Under the pieces are notes generated by a model. It searched no databases. It was given only the letters and a program-made list of their open reading frames with translations, and had not been told where the DNA came from. A stretch of 64,000 bases of DNA from Dipteris shenzhenensis (lineage: Eukaryota), in NCBI GenBank assembly GCA_047967505.1, contig CM106538.1. The stretch is one strand, 5' to 3'. This document shows positions 39,060-51,372 of the stretch, piece by piece. Positions within the stretch are counted from its first letter, which is position 1; the number at the start of each line of letters is the position of its first letter. A program made the position numbers and the translations under genes.

Positions 39060-40535
39060 ATGGATTTTGCTAGGTCTGCCTTCCACGATTTCATCTCCCA
39101 TACTCCATTAATTGATAGAGAGGAGGAGTTATTTCTAGTCTTTGATAAGAGCATAGATGTCCTAGGAACCTACTTGGGAGCCCAAGATGATTTTGAAGAA
39201 CTCATCAAGTACATGCAAGACTACATCGCGAGTTTTGCATATCAACTTGATGAGTCTACAAAAAGATGGGTGCCAATTGATTATTTGAAGTACTTGTTCA
39301 ATCAAGAACCCAGGTTCGTGAAGCATTTAGATTGCTTTCGAGCCCAGCTCACACCCCTAGGGTTTAGGGAGGTGGACACTGATGACTCCTAGCATGTGGA
39401 GTCGTCGAAAACATAGGAAATAGGTTCCTATCCTAGGAAATGACCTTTATTTTCCTTCTCCAAGAGGGACAAATGGAAGAGGAGGCCTTGACCTCAAGCC
39501 CTGACCTTGCGCCTGCCCTTTTCGATCCTCTTATTTCTATAGATGAGCCCAACATCTACAATGAAGAGCCCATAGATGAAGAAGTTGAGGAGCGGGAAGC
39601 TGCAGTGGCCCTGGAAGTGCTCCAATGACATCCTGAACCCCATTCTACTTCTCAAATTCCATCCACCTCGAGCACCACCTCTGTTGACCCTGCAATAATG
39701 ATATGGTTTCTTGCTCCCCTTCTTGTCGATGGAGAACAATACCTCTTTCTCCATGACATAGAGGTTATGTTTGGTCTCCAAGAGGATGAAGCTCTTGGTA
39801 TCCTATGTGGATACGAGGTGGACACGATTATGCAAGAACCTGGGTTTTTGGGAGCAGATGATTTAATAGAAGAGGTTCTTGCTTTAACACTGGCCCAAAT
39901 CAAAGATTCAGAGACATCAATCTACTTCAACCTACCTGATGTTCCAGAAGAAGTCTCCACATCTCACTCTAAACAGCAAGAGGCCTCTAGATCCATGCTC
40001 ATTAACAAAGAGGAAGGGATTGAGCATGATGACTCCATAGTGGTAAGAAACTATGAGCTTTGAATTTCTTCTCTCTTGGTATACTTTTGCTTTAATGGAA
40101 TTCTAATGTAATGTTGGACTGTTGCAGGAGGCATTTGAGGTTGACCTATTCTCATCTCGGTAATGCCTTGTTCGCAGTAGCTTCAGACTTGGCCAAGCAA
40201 AAGGGTGCTTTGTGGTTATCCACAAAAAGTTTTCTCCACATGGCACTAATGACCTCCTGAAGTGCAACGCCTTGTCAAGAGTGATTGGTCATGCTGACAT
40301 CAATCGCAATGCTGACAAGGTCATTTTGGTGAACTGCATGGCTGCCCTCAATGCCTTTGGAACCAATTATCAAGGTATGGCATTGATGGCAGCAGCCATG
40401 TCCCTGGCCAACAACGACAATAGCGTTGACTCTCTATCGACTAGGTTTAGAGCTAGGAGTGTATTTGGGAATTCAAAGCCTAATGTTCTCAGTGTTTTAG
40501 AGAAGAGAGAAAGGCTCGAAAGCCTTATTGTATAG
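39060..40535 (+). pseudogene. Very acidic hypothetical protein gene; spliced, decayed
   Basis: D/E-rich ORFs 39060-39392, 39440-40042 (internal stop at 39626) and exon 40128-40535 (internal stop). Phase-0 intron 40043-40127 (GTAAG...TTGCAG). Confidence 0.55.
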
Positions 40536-41019
40536 AATATGAATGCACCTATACTTTTATATAGTGCCCCATTTTGTGTTCTTTTATAAAATTTATTTTA
40601 TACTGTCATTGTATTTTGTAACTTTAATTGTTGTTGGCATTAATATTTTCATTCACTATTCTATTCAAAAGCATGCGATCAGATATTTGCACTATAATGG
40701 TCATTTCTTAGCAATCCAGTAAGAATGTCACCGTGCGACAGAAGGCAAATGTGTTCGAGATTGCACAGGGAGCGCAAAAATGGTAAAACCCGCTATGGCA
40801 CATATGGGGCCTGCTTGACCAAGCAGCACGGTGAAAAAACATCATTTGACCACTCAAATTCACACTGAACTTGGATAAACTGATGGAAAGCATCACATAA
40901 CATGTATAATAACATGGGAACAATAATAGAACATAAAGATATCTTTTATTCATTAGCCTCAAAGGGCAAAGATTTACAAAATGATTCAGGTTACGCCAAA
41001 TGAACCTAAACAACATATA

Positions 41020-42048
41020 GGGCCTAAGGGAGGGATTAGAGCGGATGCGCTTGGCGAGTGCAAGGTCCTTGTCCATCACTGTTACTCTTTTGGCATGGAT
41101 AACACATAAGTTCACGTCTTTAAAAAGACCTACTGTCATCTGCTCCGTTGCCTCCTAAATTGCTCCCATAGCACTTGAAGCGAAATGCACATCACTCTTG
41201 TAATGCTGTGCTATTTCACGTGCAACATCGGAAGGGTGCACGGGGAATGATATTGTCCATAGTGGTTTGGAACTTGCGAATCTCCTGAAGTGCCTTCACG
41301 CCTGATTTTTTGCACCTCTTAATCTTTGGGGGACCATGCACTGGCCTTGCCTCCATGGTCGCTTGTTCGCTTTGAACTTCTTTCACCTCTCCTCGCTTGT
41401 AACCATCTCTTCAAACTCCTCTTCCTGTGTCTGGTGGGTCATTCGAGGTGGCTTCTCGTGCCTAGAGGTCTGCTTTGTCCTTGGTCTCTTTTCCTTTTCA
41501 CGAGGCTGTGAGACAGCAAGCTGAGGCTCTTGCTTAGCTTGTACTAGAGGCTCTTCATATCTGATCATCTCGAGGCACAGAGGGTTGATGGTGCTCTTCC
41601 GTGTAGTCTGCTTGGTTGGAGGATTGGGGCCAAGGTTCATTATATCTGCGAGCTCGCCAAATACTTCATCTTGTTGTGGCCCTTGTAATCTCTCCATCTC
41701 CTCTCTTTGCCTTTCTTGCTTCCCTTGTTCATCTAGATGCTCCACGCTAGGACCCCACGGAGGAGGGAGGGGTAGTTGATCAGGATTGACTAGACCATTT
41801 TGCCCCTCTTAGGAGACCTCTCTACTTCCACGGTTAGTTGTGTGAAAGGATTGAGAGGACCCCTGATCGTGCTTGGATCCTTCATTGTGCTGGGATTCCT
41901 CATGGTGCTGAGATACCTCGGATCCCCCATGAGAGTCGGATGGTGGGGACTCGTGTTGCTTGGACTCCTGATGATGAGAACCGCCTTCAGATCCATGGTG
42001 ATCATTGCCCTCTTGGCCACTAGGGCTTGCCATGTGTTCGGAGGCCAT
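41020..42048 (-). pseudogene. Histone H3-like gene with long N-terminal extension; intronless, decayed
   Basis: Histone fold [78 protein letters not shown] (41303-41040), 49/88 identities to canonical H3 by manual alignment. Start ATG 42048 (acaccATGG). Stops at 41809 and ~41156; frameshifts at ~41390 and ~41228. Confidence 0.9.
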
Positions 42049-42137
42049 GGTGTTCTGAGGAGGACAATGGGTAGCGTCTAAACGGGGTCCAGTGGGTCTA
42101 GCAGTTTGTTTAACTCATGCCATAGAAATGAGGGACT

Positions 42138-42207
42138 TTAGGGTTTTTAAGTGCTTTATATAGTCTTTTTTAAAGCACTTTAGGGTTTTTCTTTTAAATT
42201 AGGGTTT
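42138..42207 (-). promoter_or_regulatory. Three telo-boxes (AAACCCTAA) around a TATA box upstream of the H3-like gene
   Basis: ttagggttt at 42138, 42180 and 42199; CTATATAAAG on - at 42163-42154. Confidence 0.5.
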
Positions 42208-42479
42208 TTTGAGTGCACCTCCTCCCCCCAGTGTTTTGTCGCCAATTCGGTAATACTTAATCTTCACCACCCTCCCTCCCAACCCACTCACCCCTCTGCC
42301 CTGCCATGTCGCACATGCAATTCTACAATTTCCAAACAAATTTGTGAATTTTGGAATCTATAATTGACTCAAAATAGTGTTAACTTTATTCATCAAACAT
42401 TTTATATTTGGGGCTCTCTTAGGACCCAATGCCTCCCCTGTCTGACTCTACATTGCAACCAAAGCACAACCCCTTGGCT

Positions 42480-42800
42480 CGGGTTACAAGAAATGAGCAT
42501 ATGCCATCATAGATCTTAGCCTAAGTGATAGTTATATCACAATCACATCCCGAATGCAAAGAATGTATCTAAAGCTTGGGATATATTAGATAGAGTCTTT
42601 GGTGCAATAGCTAACCTTCAAGATTACCTTGAAGATTCAGTTCTTTGAACTCAAGATGAATCCCACTCACAATTTTCTAGAGTACTTCAAATGAAGAACC
42701 TTATGGCTCAACTAGGAGGATAGGTGCACCCGTTTTCATGAGGAAGATTTTATAGCAATAATTTTAAAAACAATTTCAACTAAATAATATTGTCATCTTG
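42480..42800 (+). mobile_element. Copia gag fragment
   Basis: AYAIIDLSLSD...KAWDILDRVF...LKIQFFELKM, with frameshifts. Confidence 0.6.
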
Positions 42801-43509
42801 TGCCTACTTTATAAGGACCACAATGCATCCAAATGGCCTTTAAAGCAACCACTGCAACTCAATGCAAACCACAAACAAGCAGACATGGCCCAAATTGCAA
42901 CCAAAGTGATGTGCATAAGATATGCCCAAAATCATAGTCTCATAGCTTTATAAAAGTTAATGCTATAAAAATCCCCTTTTTAAATATAAGCTTATAGACT
43001 TACCCAATTAAAAGCAACCCTTCCAAAAGTATATTTTATAAAATTTAGTAAGTGTTTACTATTGAAAAAGCCCTCTTGCACTTAAGCCCGTGTGTTACAT
43101 TTACATATTTAAAAGTGTTTCCCTTGATCACATAGGACAAACACATCTATATCCATATTCAAAAAAAGCATGAAACAACACATAAACCATGGTGTCAGAT
43201 GGAGATACTGTTGCGGACACCTCTAAGTGTGTGGCCCTGATTGGAGGAGGGGCAGAGGAGGGTGTAGGGCACTAAAGCGGGACCAACACGGTGGGCAAGC
43301 TTGAGGAAGTACTGCACCTCATTCCTTGCCACCATCTTAGCCTCAGCCATTTCTACCTTCCTCCCAAAGTCCTGAAAAGTAATCAGCACCTTCTCATTGC
43401 CAGTCCGCTAACAATTGTTAGTCACACCTCATGTGGGTTAACAATTTTGTTTTTTGAGTTCATGATCATTGTCATGTGGGTCAACCTTGATGTGGTCATG
43501 GCTTTGTCT

Positions 43510-43960
43510 TCATTGTTTAGGCTATTGGTTTCTAGATTGTTTTCCTCAAAACTATGCCTGGATGTGTCACACCAATTCTTATCCCCCCTAGCTTATGTGT
43601 TCACTAGCTTCTTTGTCAAGTAGCTGTGCATTTGCTGGTTGTTTCTTCTCGTCTTCATTTTTATTCATGTTTTTTCTCTACTTGTATAGGGTAGTCATGA
43701 GTCTAGTTTCTACCTTTCAAGCTTCTATGTTTTGCCATAATAAAACATAGAAGCTTGAAACATAGTGACTACACTCATGACTACATAAGCAAAGAAAAAA
43801 GCATGAATCACAATGAGCACAAGAAAAGACAAGCAGCAAATGCATAGCTACTTAACAAAAAATCTAGTGACACTTGTAAGCTAGAGTCGATAAGAGGGAA
43901 GTAACACAACCACGAACTTGTACTTGAAAAACCAAGTAGAAACCAATAGACTCAATGACA
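43510..43960. repeat. Long imperfect inverted repeat (fold-back) with perfect 19-bp core stem
   Basis: tttcaagcttctatgtttt (43715-43733), 8-nt loop, aaaacatagaagcttgaaa (43742-43760). Arms stay alignable for ~220 bp (e.g. gtagctgtgcatttgctg vs cagcaaatgcatagctac). Confidence 0.9.
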
Positions 43961-46710
43961 ACGTGCAATTCACAAGTATTAGCTTGAGATGTGAAACCCA
44001 TAACCCATGATACTTACCAAGCAATAGGTAGTCAAAGAAGCCCATTATCCTAGAGGCACGTGACGAATATCAAAATGGCCGTATCTGATGGTCGTGAAGC
44101 TGAATGCACCAAATTAGCTCAAGTAATCTGATTCTTGAATGTTTAAAATTTATAGGATGCATCTTACTTTCTCCCTCTTTAACTATGTAATTCATAATAT
44201 ATCATTTCTCACTTAAGGAACCCATTTAAGAATCACAAATACATTCTCATGTTGCATCTTACACTCTTAATGTTTATTGAACCCATTGGAGCAACCCTAA
44301 ACCCAATGAAACAACCCTAGTCCCTAGCCAAAATCATTAAATAACATTATCAACCCCAAATCCCAAACCCATGAAGGCAACCCTATTCCCTTAAAATAAA
44401 CCATAAAAAAATAGCCCCAATTGTAACAATAAACCATTAAAAAGACTTAACAACCACATATCATTTTTTTAACTCTAATATTAATCCAGTGCACATGGGC
44501 ACTAGAGTAACCCTTATGGATTCAAAATGTCAACATTGGGTTTGCCATTTGAGTCTTGCCTATTATTTGCGAGTCATAAGAACAAAGTATGATCTTTAGA
44601 CATAAGTCATGACTTGAATTTACAAGAGCTATATGTTAACAGAACATAATAACCTAGACCAATTTAGCGATAAATAAATGAATCCCTAAAACATAGAAGA
44701 TAAGGAGATTACATATTGTGCATGCATCTCTTAAACCATATCCAAAATTCATATTTATTTTTACCTTAAACCATCTCTAAATTTACCTCAAACCATAGCC
44801 AACATTCATATATATTTTTTGGGGTACGAGGGGGGGAGTATATATCTATTGGATTTGTAAATATTCTAAAAGAATAAAGTGATCCAATACGTGGTAATAA
44901 ATTAATTTTCTTTTTTCGAATGAGCTAGGTGACATATATATGGCTTTCTTGAGTTCAACAAATTATATTAAAAAGCACAAGAAATGATTAAGGCAAGGTT
45001 AAGGTTCTCATTGGGTAATAATGCAAATGAACTGAGGAATATCTCTCCTTTTGAAAAGATCTATCTAAAGAGATCCCATATGTTTCAAGGTAACCAATTC
45101 TCATTTGATACATCCTTCAAAACCATGGAGCTTATTGGAATCAAACTCTCTAAAGACTCAACGTGTCTATAGTTGGATAAGGTGACATTGAAATTTGGCA
45201 TAGCTCTATTTTACACATTCTTTATCATGAGAATTTATGTGTGTCTTTTTGTGTGCACATGTGCGTGTGTCTGAGCATGTGCATGCATGCGTGCATGGTG
45301 GGTGGGTGGGTGTGTGAGTGTGTGTGTGTGTGAAAATTTAATAATCTCATCAAAATTGAACCATATACTTAATTCGAGCATTAGGATGATGTGTATCACA
45401 TACTAAAATTATTTTTAAGGATAAGCAAAGATGATGTTTGGAAGGATGAAATAGAAGTAGCTTATTCAAAACCATAGACTCAACTGCAATGGTACTCAAC
45501 CAGACAACATTTTAAAGTAAAATTGAACATGTGGGATAAAATACTTGTCAATCATAACCAAACTATATACAAAAATTTCAATTGCTGAATCCTTACTGAA
45601 GTCGGAGAACTAAGGTCAGGGTCAACTTACCTGTAATCATCCAAGAGAAACTAAGTGTTAGAACAAGTAGCTTCAATTGGGTAGAAAAGTAATGCTTGTT
45701 TATCCCGGCTTGTCATCAATTTTACCAAATAACCAAAACAACCTTCAGGATTCAAAAAGCTAAAGGTAAAATGTGTATGAAGTAGTTATGAATGCGTATC
45801 AATGAAAGGGTAATCCAACCCATTAGGAACTTACAAACTAGCTAAGGGTGAGTGGGATGAAGATAATTAGCAAGCCCTAAAAGATGAAAAGTAAGGTCAA
45901 TATTCTACGTGAGATGAAAGGTTACATAATCATATAAATTCTAAGGGATTATCATTGATGGGGTGTATTTCCAATTGAAATTAATTTATTTTCAGCTAAA
46001 GAAGTACTTGTACACCACCAAGTTAATATAGAAACTCTTATGCCATGCATAATTTAGCATATTACAACTAAGGGTTCAAAACCCAAACTGTGTCTTTAAA
46101 AGTGGTAGAACATCCAAAAAAAAATCCTTGTTGTTACTGGGTATAACAAAGTAGGTATAAGCCAAATTTCTAGTAAAAGATTATAAACCTAATGAGCTTG
46201 GAGGTGTTATTACATTTACCATGAAGGGTTAGAGTTAAAAACCTAAGCGATTATAAGGAAGGGAGATATATAGTTAAAGGAAGGCAAGCTAGAGGCTATT
46301 ATATCTTTATGTTTATATTGTAATAAATTATCAATTAATTATTCATAGGGGTATATCACACCTACAATGAAAAATATGAATGAAGAAATTAAGGTCCTAT
46401 TAGAAAGGAAACATGAAAATTGGGTAATGAAATGCAAAATTGAACTTAATTAATTTAAAAAAAATCTATTAGAGAATTGTAAATGTATGTCTACTTTAAA
46501 AAAAAATATAGGTCTAAGGTTACAACTAGGCAAAAACGACATGCGAGAGACAGGAAGTGGAAGAATATAAAAGAGTGAAATATATAAATATAAATATATA
46601 TATGGATGAGAGGCCATTTGAACTTGGAAAATATGTATAAGCCTATATATAAGAGCACCTTTCAACAATTATATATTAGAGAATAGAGATATAGCACAAT
46701 GTATATAACC

Positions 46711-46717
<7 letters not shown>

Positions 46718-46750
<33 letters not shown>

Positions 46751-46762
46751 GTGTGTGTGTGT
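46718..46762. repeat. (GT)n microsatellite
   Basis: Near-perfect run. Confidence 0.95.
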
Positions 46763-46771
46763 ATGTATGTA

Positions 46772-48590
46772 TGTAGAATGTATGTATGTGGGGAGCAAGC
46801 ACGGGCTTCCCAAAGTGTTTGTGGTGCTCTAAGTATATCAAAACCATGCACACAGTAAGGGCCAACCGGGTGGCGGAGGGAGACATGAACGTAACAACAA
46901 ATTGAGCCATCCAGTAAAACATAAAACAATGTGAAAACAAGCAGACGAGTGACCAATTCATTGTGAACAGGTACCAAGTTTGTGGAGTAGGAGAGCATGC
47001 CAAGAGTCATCACCAATTAGATCATCGATTAGTAGTGAATAAACTCCACTAGTGAACCTGATCAGTTCATAGATTGGAGCCACCACTGATTGTGGACAAA
47101 TGTAGCTCTATAAGAGCATTGTACTCGTTCATTATTTATGCAATACACTCCAGTCTTGCATTGCTTTCAATTTAGATTTCTATATTGTGTCCTTTGCATC
47201 AACATTGGTATTAGTGGCGGTAGCCCGCATCCTGCTCATATGCTGCTAGCATGTCGACCACCACGTCGTCTTCACCCTTATTATTGGTCCCAGTCTTTGA
47301 TGGTATGGGATTTTAAGCATGGAAGCAGATGATGACTCTCCACCTCAAAGGAGAAGGTTACTATAAAATGTTAGTGGGACTGATGAAAAGAAGCCAGACG
47401 CTGAAGCACCAAAACAATATTGTGGCAAGCAAGAGAAGACAAGGCTCCTTGCGGAAGCTCCTTGCAGAAGGAGATCATTGTGGAAGCTCCTTGCGAAACA
47501 AGCACCGAGTTATGGCAATGGCTTATTCGTAAGCATAAAAAACCTTCAAAAGTAGAGGTTTTTCATATATTCTATAAGCTTGATCACTTACAATACATCA
47601 ATGGTAAAGATCTGAGGACTCACGTTCGTTCCATGAAAGAACTATTCGATAAGCTTGCATGTGTTGGTGATGAATATAAGGTTCCTGTAGAACAACAGAA
47701 GTTGAAGCTGTACCCATCCTTCTAAGCTCATGGCACACATTTCGCAGTGCATTGATGACTACCAAAAGTCTTACCTGGGAGAAAGCAGCAGACGCTCTCT
47801 ACGAGGAGAAAATGATGTGCATTGATTTGGGTATGATCATGCCCTTGTCTCTCAGTCTACACCCAATGCGCCAAGAAGTCACACAGGTCCCAGGACTAGT
47901 CGTTGCAAAGATAAATGCAGATACTGCCATGTCGAAGGCCATTTTGAATTTGAGTATCGGCGTAAATTGGTAGATCTAGAAAGGCAGGTCAAAGAGCTTA
48001 GATCCGGTCCTATCTTGTCTGAAGTCTCTTCTGACAAGCCTTGAATGCACCATGTTCATGAAGTTTCTCCACAATGTCACAATGCACACGTGAAGATGAT
48101 TGATAATTTGATCTTAGATTCTGGTGCCAATTAGCATATGAGTTTTCATCGTGATTGGTTTGCATCATATAAACCATGTGTCTACAAGCTGACTGTGCAG
48201 ATGGGGGATGATACTGAACTTAGCATTAAAGGGGTTGATGATATTCAGTTTCAGCTTGTAAATGGAGATATTTTTAAACTCTCTGAGGTTCTTTACATTC
48301 GCAACCTACATCGTAATTTGATCTCCATTGCTAGATTAATTGACATGGGAATGGTCGTGGATAATGACTTCATTATTCGCCATGAGGAATGTCATTAGAT
48401 TATTGCAAAAGGGGTTCACAGGACAATCATTGTATGTTCTCACTGATGCTACAGACGTAAAAAATGTTGTCCTCCTCACCACTGGCAAGAGCAATGTAGA
48501 TCTTTGGCATAAGCGATTGGCTCATGCAAATTTCCAGTCCATTAAATACATGCATACTCATCGTTTGGTTCATGGCTTGGATCTCTAGTG
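46772..48590 (+). mobile_element. 3'-truncated Ty1/copia element (5' LTR ~46772-47204, PBS, gag, protease, pre-integrase)
   Basis: LTR tgtaga...tcaaca followed by ttggtattag (degenerate iMet PBS); knuckle CRYCHVEGH; protease LDSGAN*HM; LWHKRLAH. Confidence 0.8.
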
Positions 48591-51150
48591 ACCCTGATAA
48601 CAAGGGAGGAGTGTCTATGACACCTGTCTTCCCACACAAAGTTATGTTGGTTCTTACCATGTTTTCTTATAGGATGGTGGTAGGTATGCAGATTCTCCTC
48701 TTCAGTAAATAAGATACTTATGCCCTGGTGAACTGCGCCTGATCCCTTACCCTCATCAGCTATGCCTGATCCTTGGCCCTCGTCACTTGGGACGCTCGAG
48801 CTTTGATTCTAAGAGTGAAACCATATTAATTGAAAATTAGACTGGAACTTAAAGAATAAAACAGTTTAAAAAGTGAGATTACAAGTAGAAGTAGACTTAT
48901 ACCGTGCGAGCAACCACCTCAGCCCAATCGACCATCGCTCCCATTGCCTCTTGCTCAATAAACCACGACTTTGTTCCTATGCGAAACGTGCATCTCATCT
49001 CTGCGTCTATAGGAAGGCGACCATCGCAACTTGTTGTGGACCCAATTTACAAGAGTTAGATAAAGTGCATGCAATATGTAGTAAAACAAATAGAACAATA
49101 TATTAAATGAGAAGAAGTAGACTTACCACGGTTGCCTCGAACACCAACCGTCCGCCTGCACTAAAGTGCGAAGTACTTACGGCGTCCAGCTGTCTCCTCG
49201 CAGCTCTCCTCTAACCCTCGAACATTTTGGGATGGTCCCTATTCTACTTCTTGAAAAACTTCCAATTAGCTTTATCTGCCTTGGGGACTAGAGCAAGAAG
49301 TCCATTGGAGAAAGGATGTTGCCATGTTGTCGAATGCTAGTGGGAGTCAATCTCCTCTCCAAATAGGATGGAGTGTCAATAAATTGGAGGGATGACCTCA
49401 AAAAAGACTCCACAATCATTTAGATGACTAAAACCATTGCTTTGCATGAGATGAGAGTGCTCTAATCCTAAAACCTTGGCATCCAAAGAAGAAAATGAGG
49501 CCTCCACTATAGCAACACTATCTAAGGATTTGAGTATATGAGCACCATCCAAACTAGGTCCTCCATCAAGTGGAAGAATCAGCTAAGGTGAAGGGGAGAG
49601 AGGCTTATTAGGAGTCTAAGAAGACATAAGAAATAGAATCTTTATTTGAGGAAGATGGAGAGAGACGCTTACTAGGAGTCTAAAAAGGCATGATAAAGGG
49701 ACTCTTGATTTGATGAAGCAAGGATAGCAAACCTACCATCTTTGACTACCCCTGCAACTTTGATGGGGAGGAGCAGGGGCCATAGAAGGATCCTGTCAAG
49801 CAGCACGAGCATTCTTCTATTTTCTAAGGCTTCTTTTTCTTCTTTTGAAAATCCATAGAAAAATTTCAAAAGAGTCTACACATGCTCATTGATCCTATTG
49901 AAAAATAGAGACATCTAGTCTTTGAAGCATGATATAAGCATCAGAGATGTTAGGGTCAGAAACAATGACCCTAACATGAAAAGACTTGACTGCCTTTGTT
50001 GTTGAACAAGGAAAGGGAGAGGATGAGCCTTCGATGACCACCTCAAAAGAAGCTATGGAAGGCCCAAAGGCCTAATCACCAAAGAGGTGATCCACCTCTC
50101 CTCCTCTACTGAGTCAAAACCCAAGGTATGAGGAGAAGGAACACCGCCTTGGAGGAGGTTAAATAATCATAATACATGTGTCAAAACTGCCTCCAATGTA
50201 ATAGTCACAATAAGTTTTTGCTCTACCAAGATTTACAAACTTTCATGCATTCTAAAGAGACCATTATAAAGTTCTTAAAGAAGCATCCAAACTTTGGCTA
50301 ATGCTAACAATTAAAGTTGTCCTTGAGGTAGAAGCCTTTGATTTTGTGACTTTGTTGCTCATTATTTGCAAGGATAGCCCTCTAATTTTGTAGACATCAC
50401 TCTCTAATATGTCGCTTGCACATACTTTCCACGTGGATGCTTCTAATCTCCCCCTGACTTTCTTTTCCTCCCCCTCCTCACTTGAGTCTCTTCATCTCTC
50501 CATTTGCTTGGAAGCTTTACACTCCTCATTTCAATTGGAGCCCTTGACCTCTCCTTCCACCTTATCTTTGTAGCTCTTTCTACCTTGACTTTTTGCTTAT
50601 GGCAAATTAATGGGAGGAATTGAGAAGGAAGTAACCCTAGAGAAGGAAAAGTGATTATGTGTCTTATTTGATCTCTCCATGAATCATCAACAAGCCAAAA
50701 GTGTAATATGAGAGAAGACAATGAAAAGTACAAGCAGTGTGGAAGAAGATAATGAAAAAAGGAAGCAGTATCAAAGATATTAGCATAGAGAGTAGTTCGT
50801 ATCATTGTGTCAATTATCATGTTGAATCTTGTTCTTTATGATAAATACATACAAAAAGGATTCCATGAAATAGACCCAAGATATAGTGACATATTCTACA
50901 ATTTGTATGAGAACAATTTGCTTAAGTCACCATGATTCCCTTAGCTTTGCCGTTACAATTGGTAAATGCTTTCTTGCTACCCATCTCAACATAAATAGTT
51001 GATTTTTGAGCGTTATAATTTGACTCATATTTTATGTCTCAAAAAGGTCATGCAAAGTTGTTCAAGCCTTAGATACCAATCCTGCCATTTCAATGTGTTG
51101 AAAGCACTGAATTTGTAGTGGTCCCTATGATCATTGAGAGCTCCTCGAAA

Positions 51151-51372
51151 TCTCTGAGCACCCACTTTCTTATCTCGTTTGGATCTACAACTTTAATCTT
51201 TTTTCCTATTGCATCCACACCATTGTACTGTGAATCATTACAATCATAAATGCATAATAATCTTGTCCTCATCATCTCTAAGCACCCACCTTCTCATCTC
51301 ATTCAAATCTACAAATGTAATCATTTTGTTTGCTGCATTGACACCATTGCATTGTGAATTGTCACAATCTAC
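51151..51372. repeat. Diverged tandem duplication, period ~125 bp
   Basis: Two copies of tctct(g/a)agcacccac...acaccattg(t/c)a(c/t)tgtgaat. Confidence 0.75.

Noticed and set aside
41020-42048. Functional host CENH3 or canonical H3 gene
   Set aside because: Two stops and two frameshifts, no introns, canonical-length loop 1 and internal tail motifs. A CENH3-related origin is not fully excluded without a tree.
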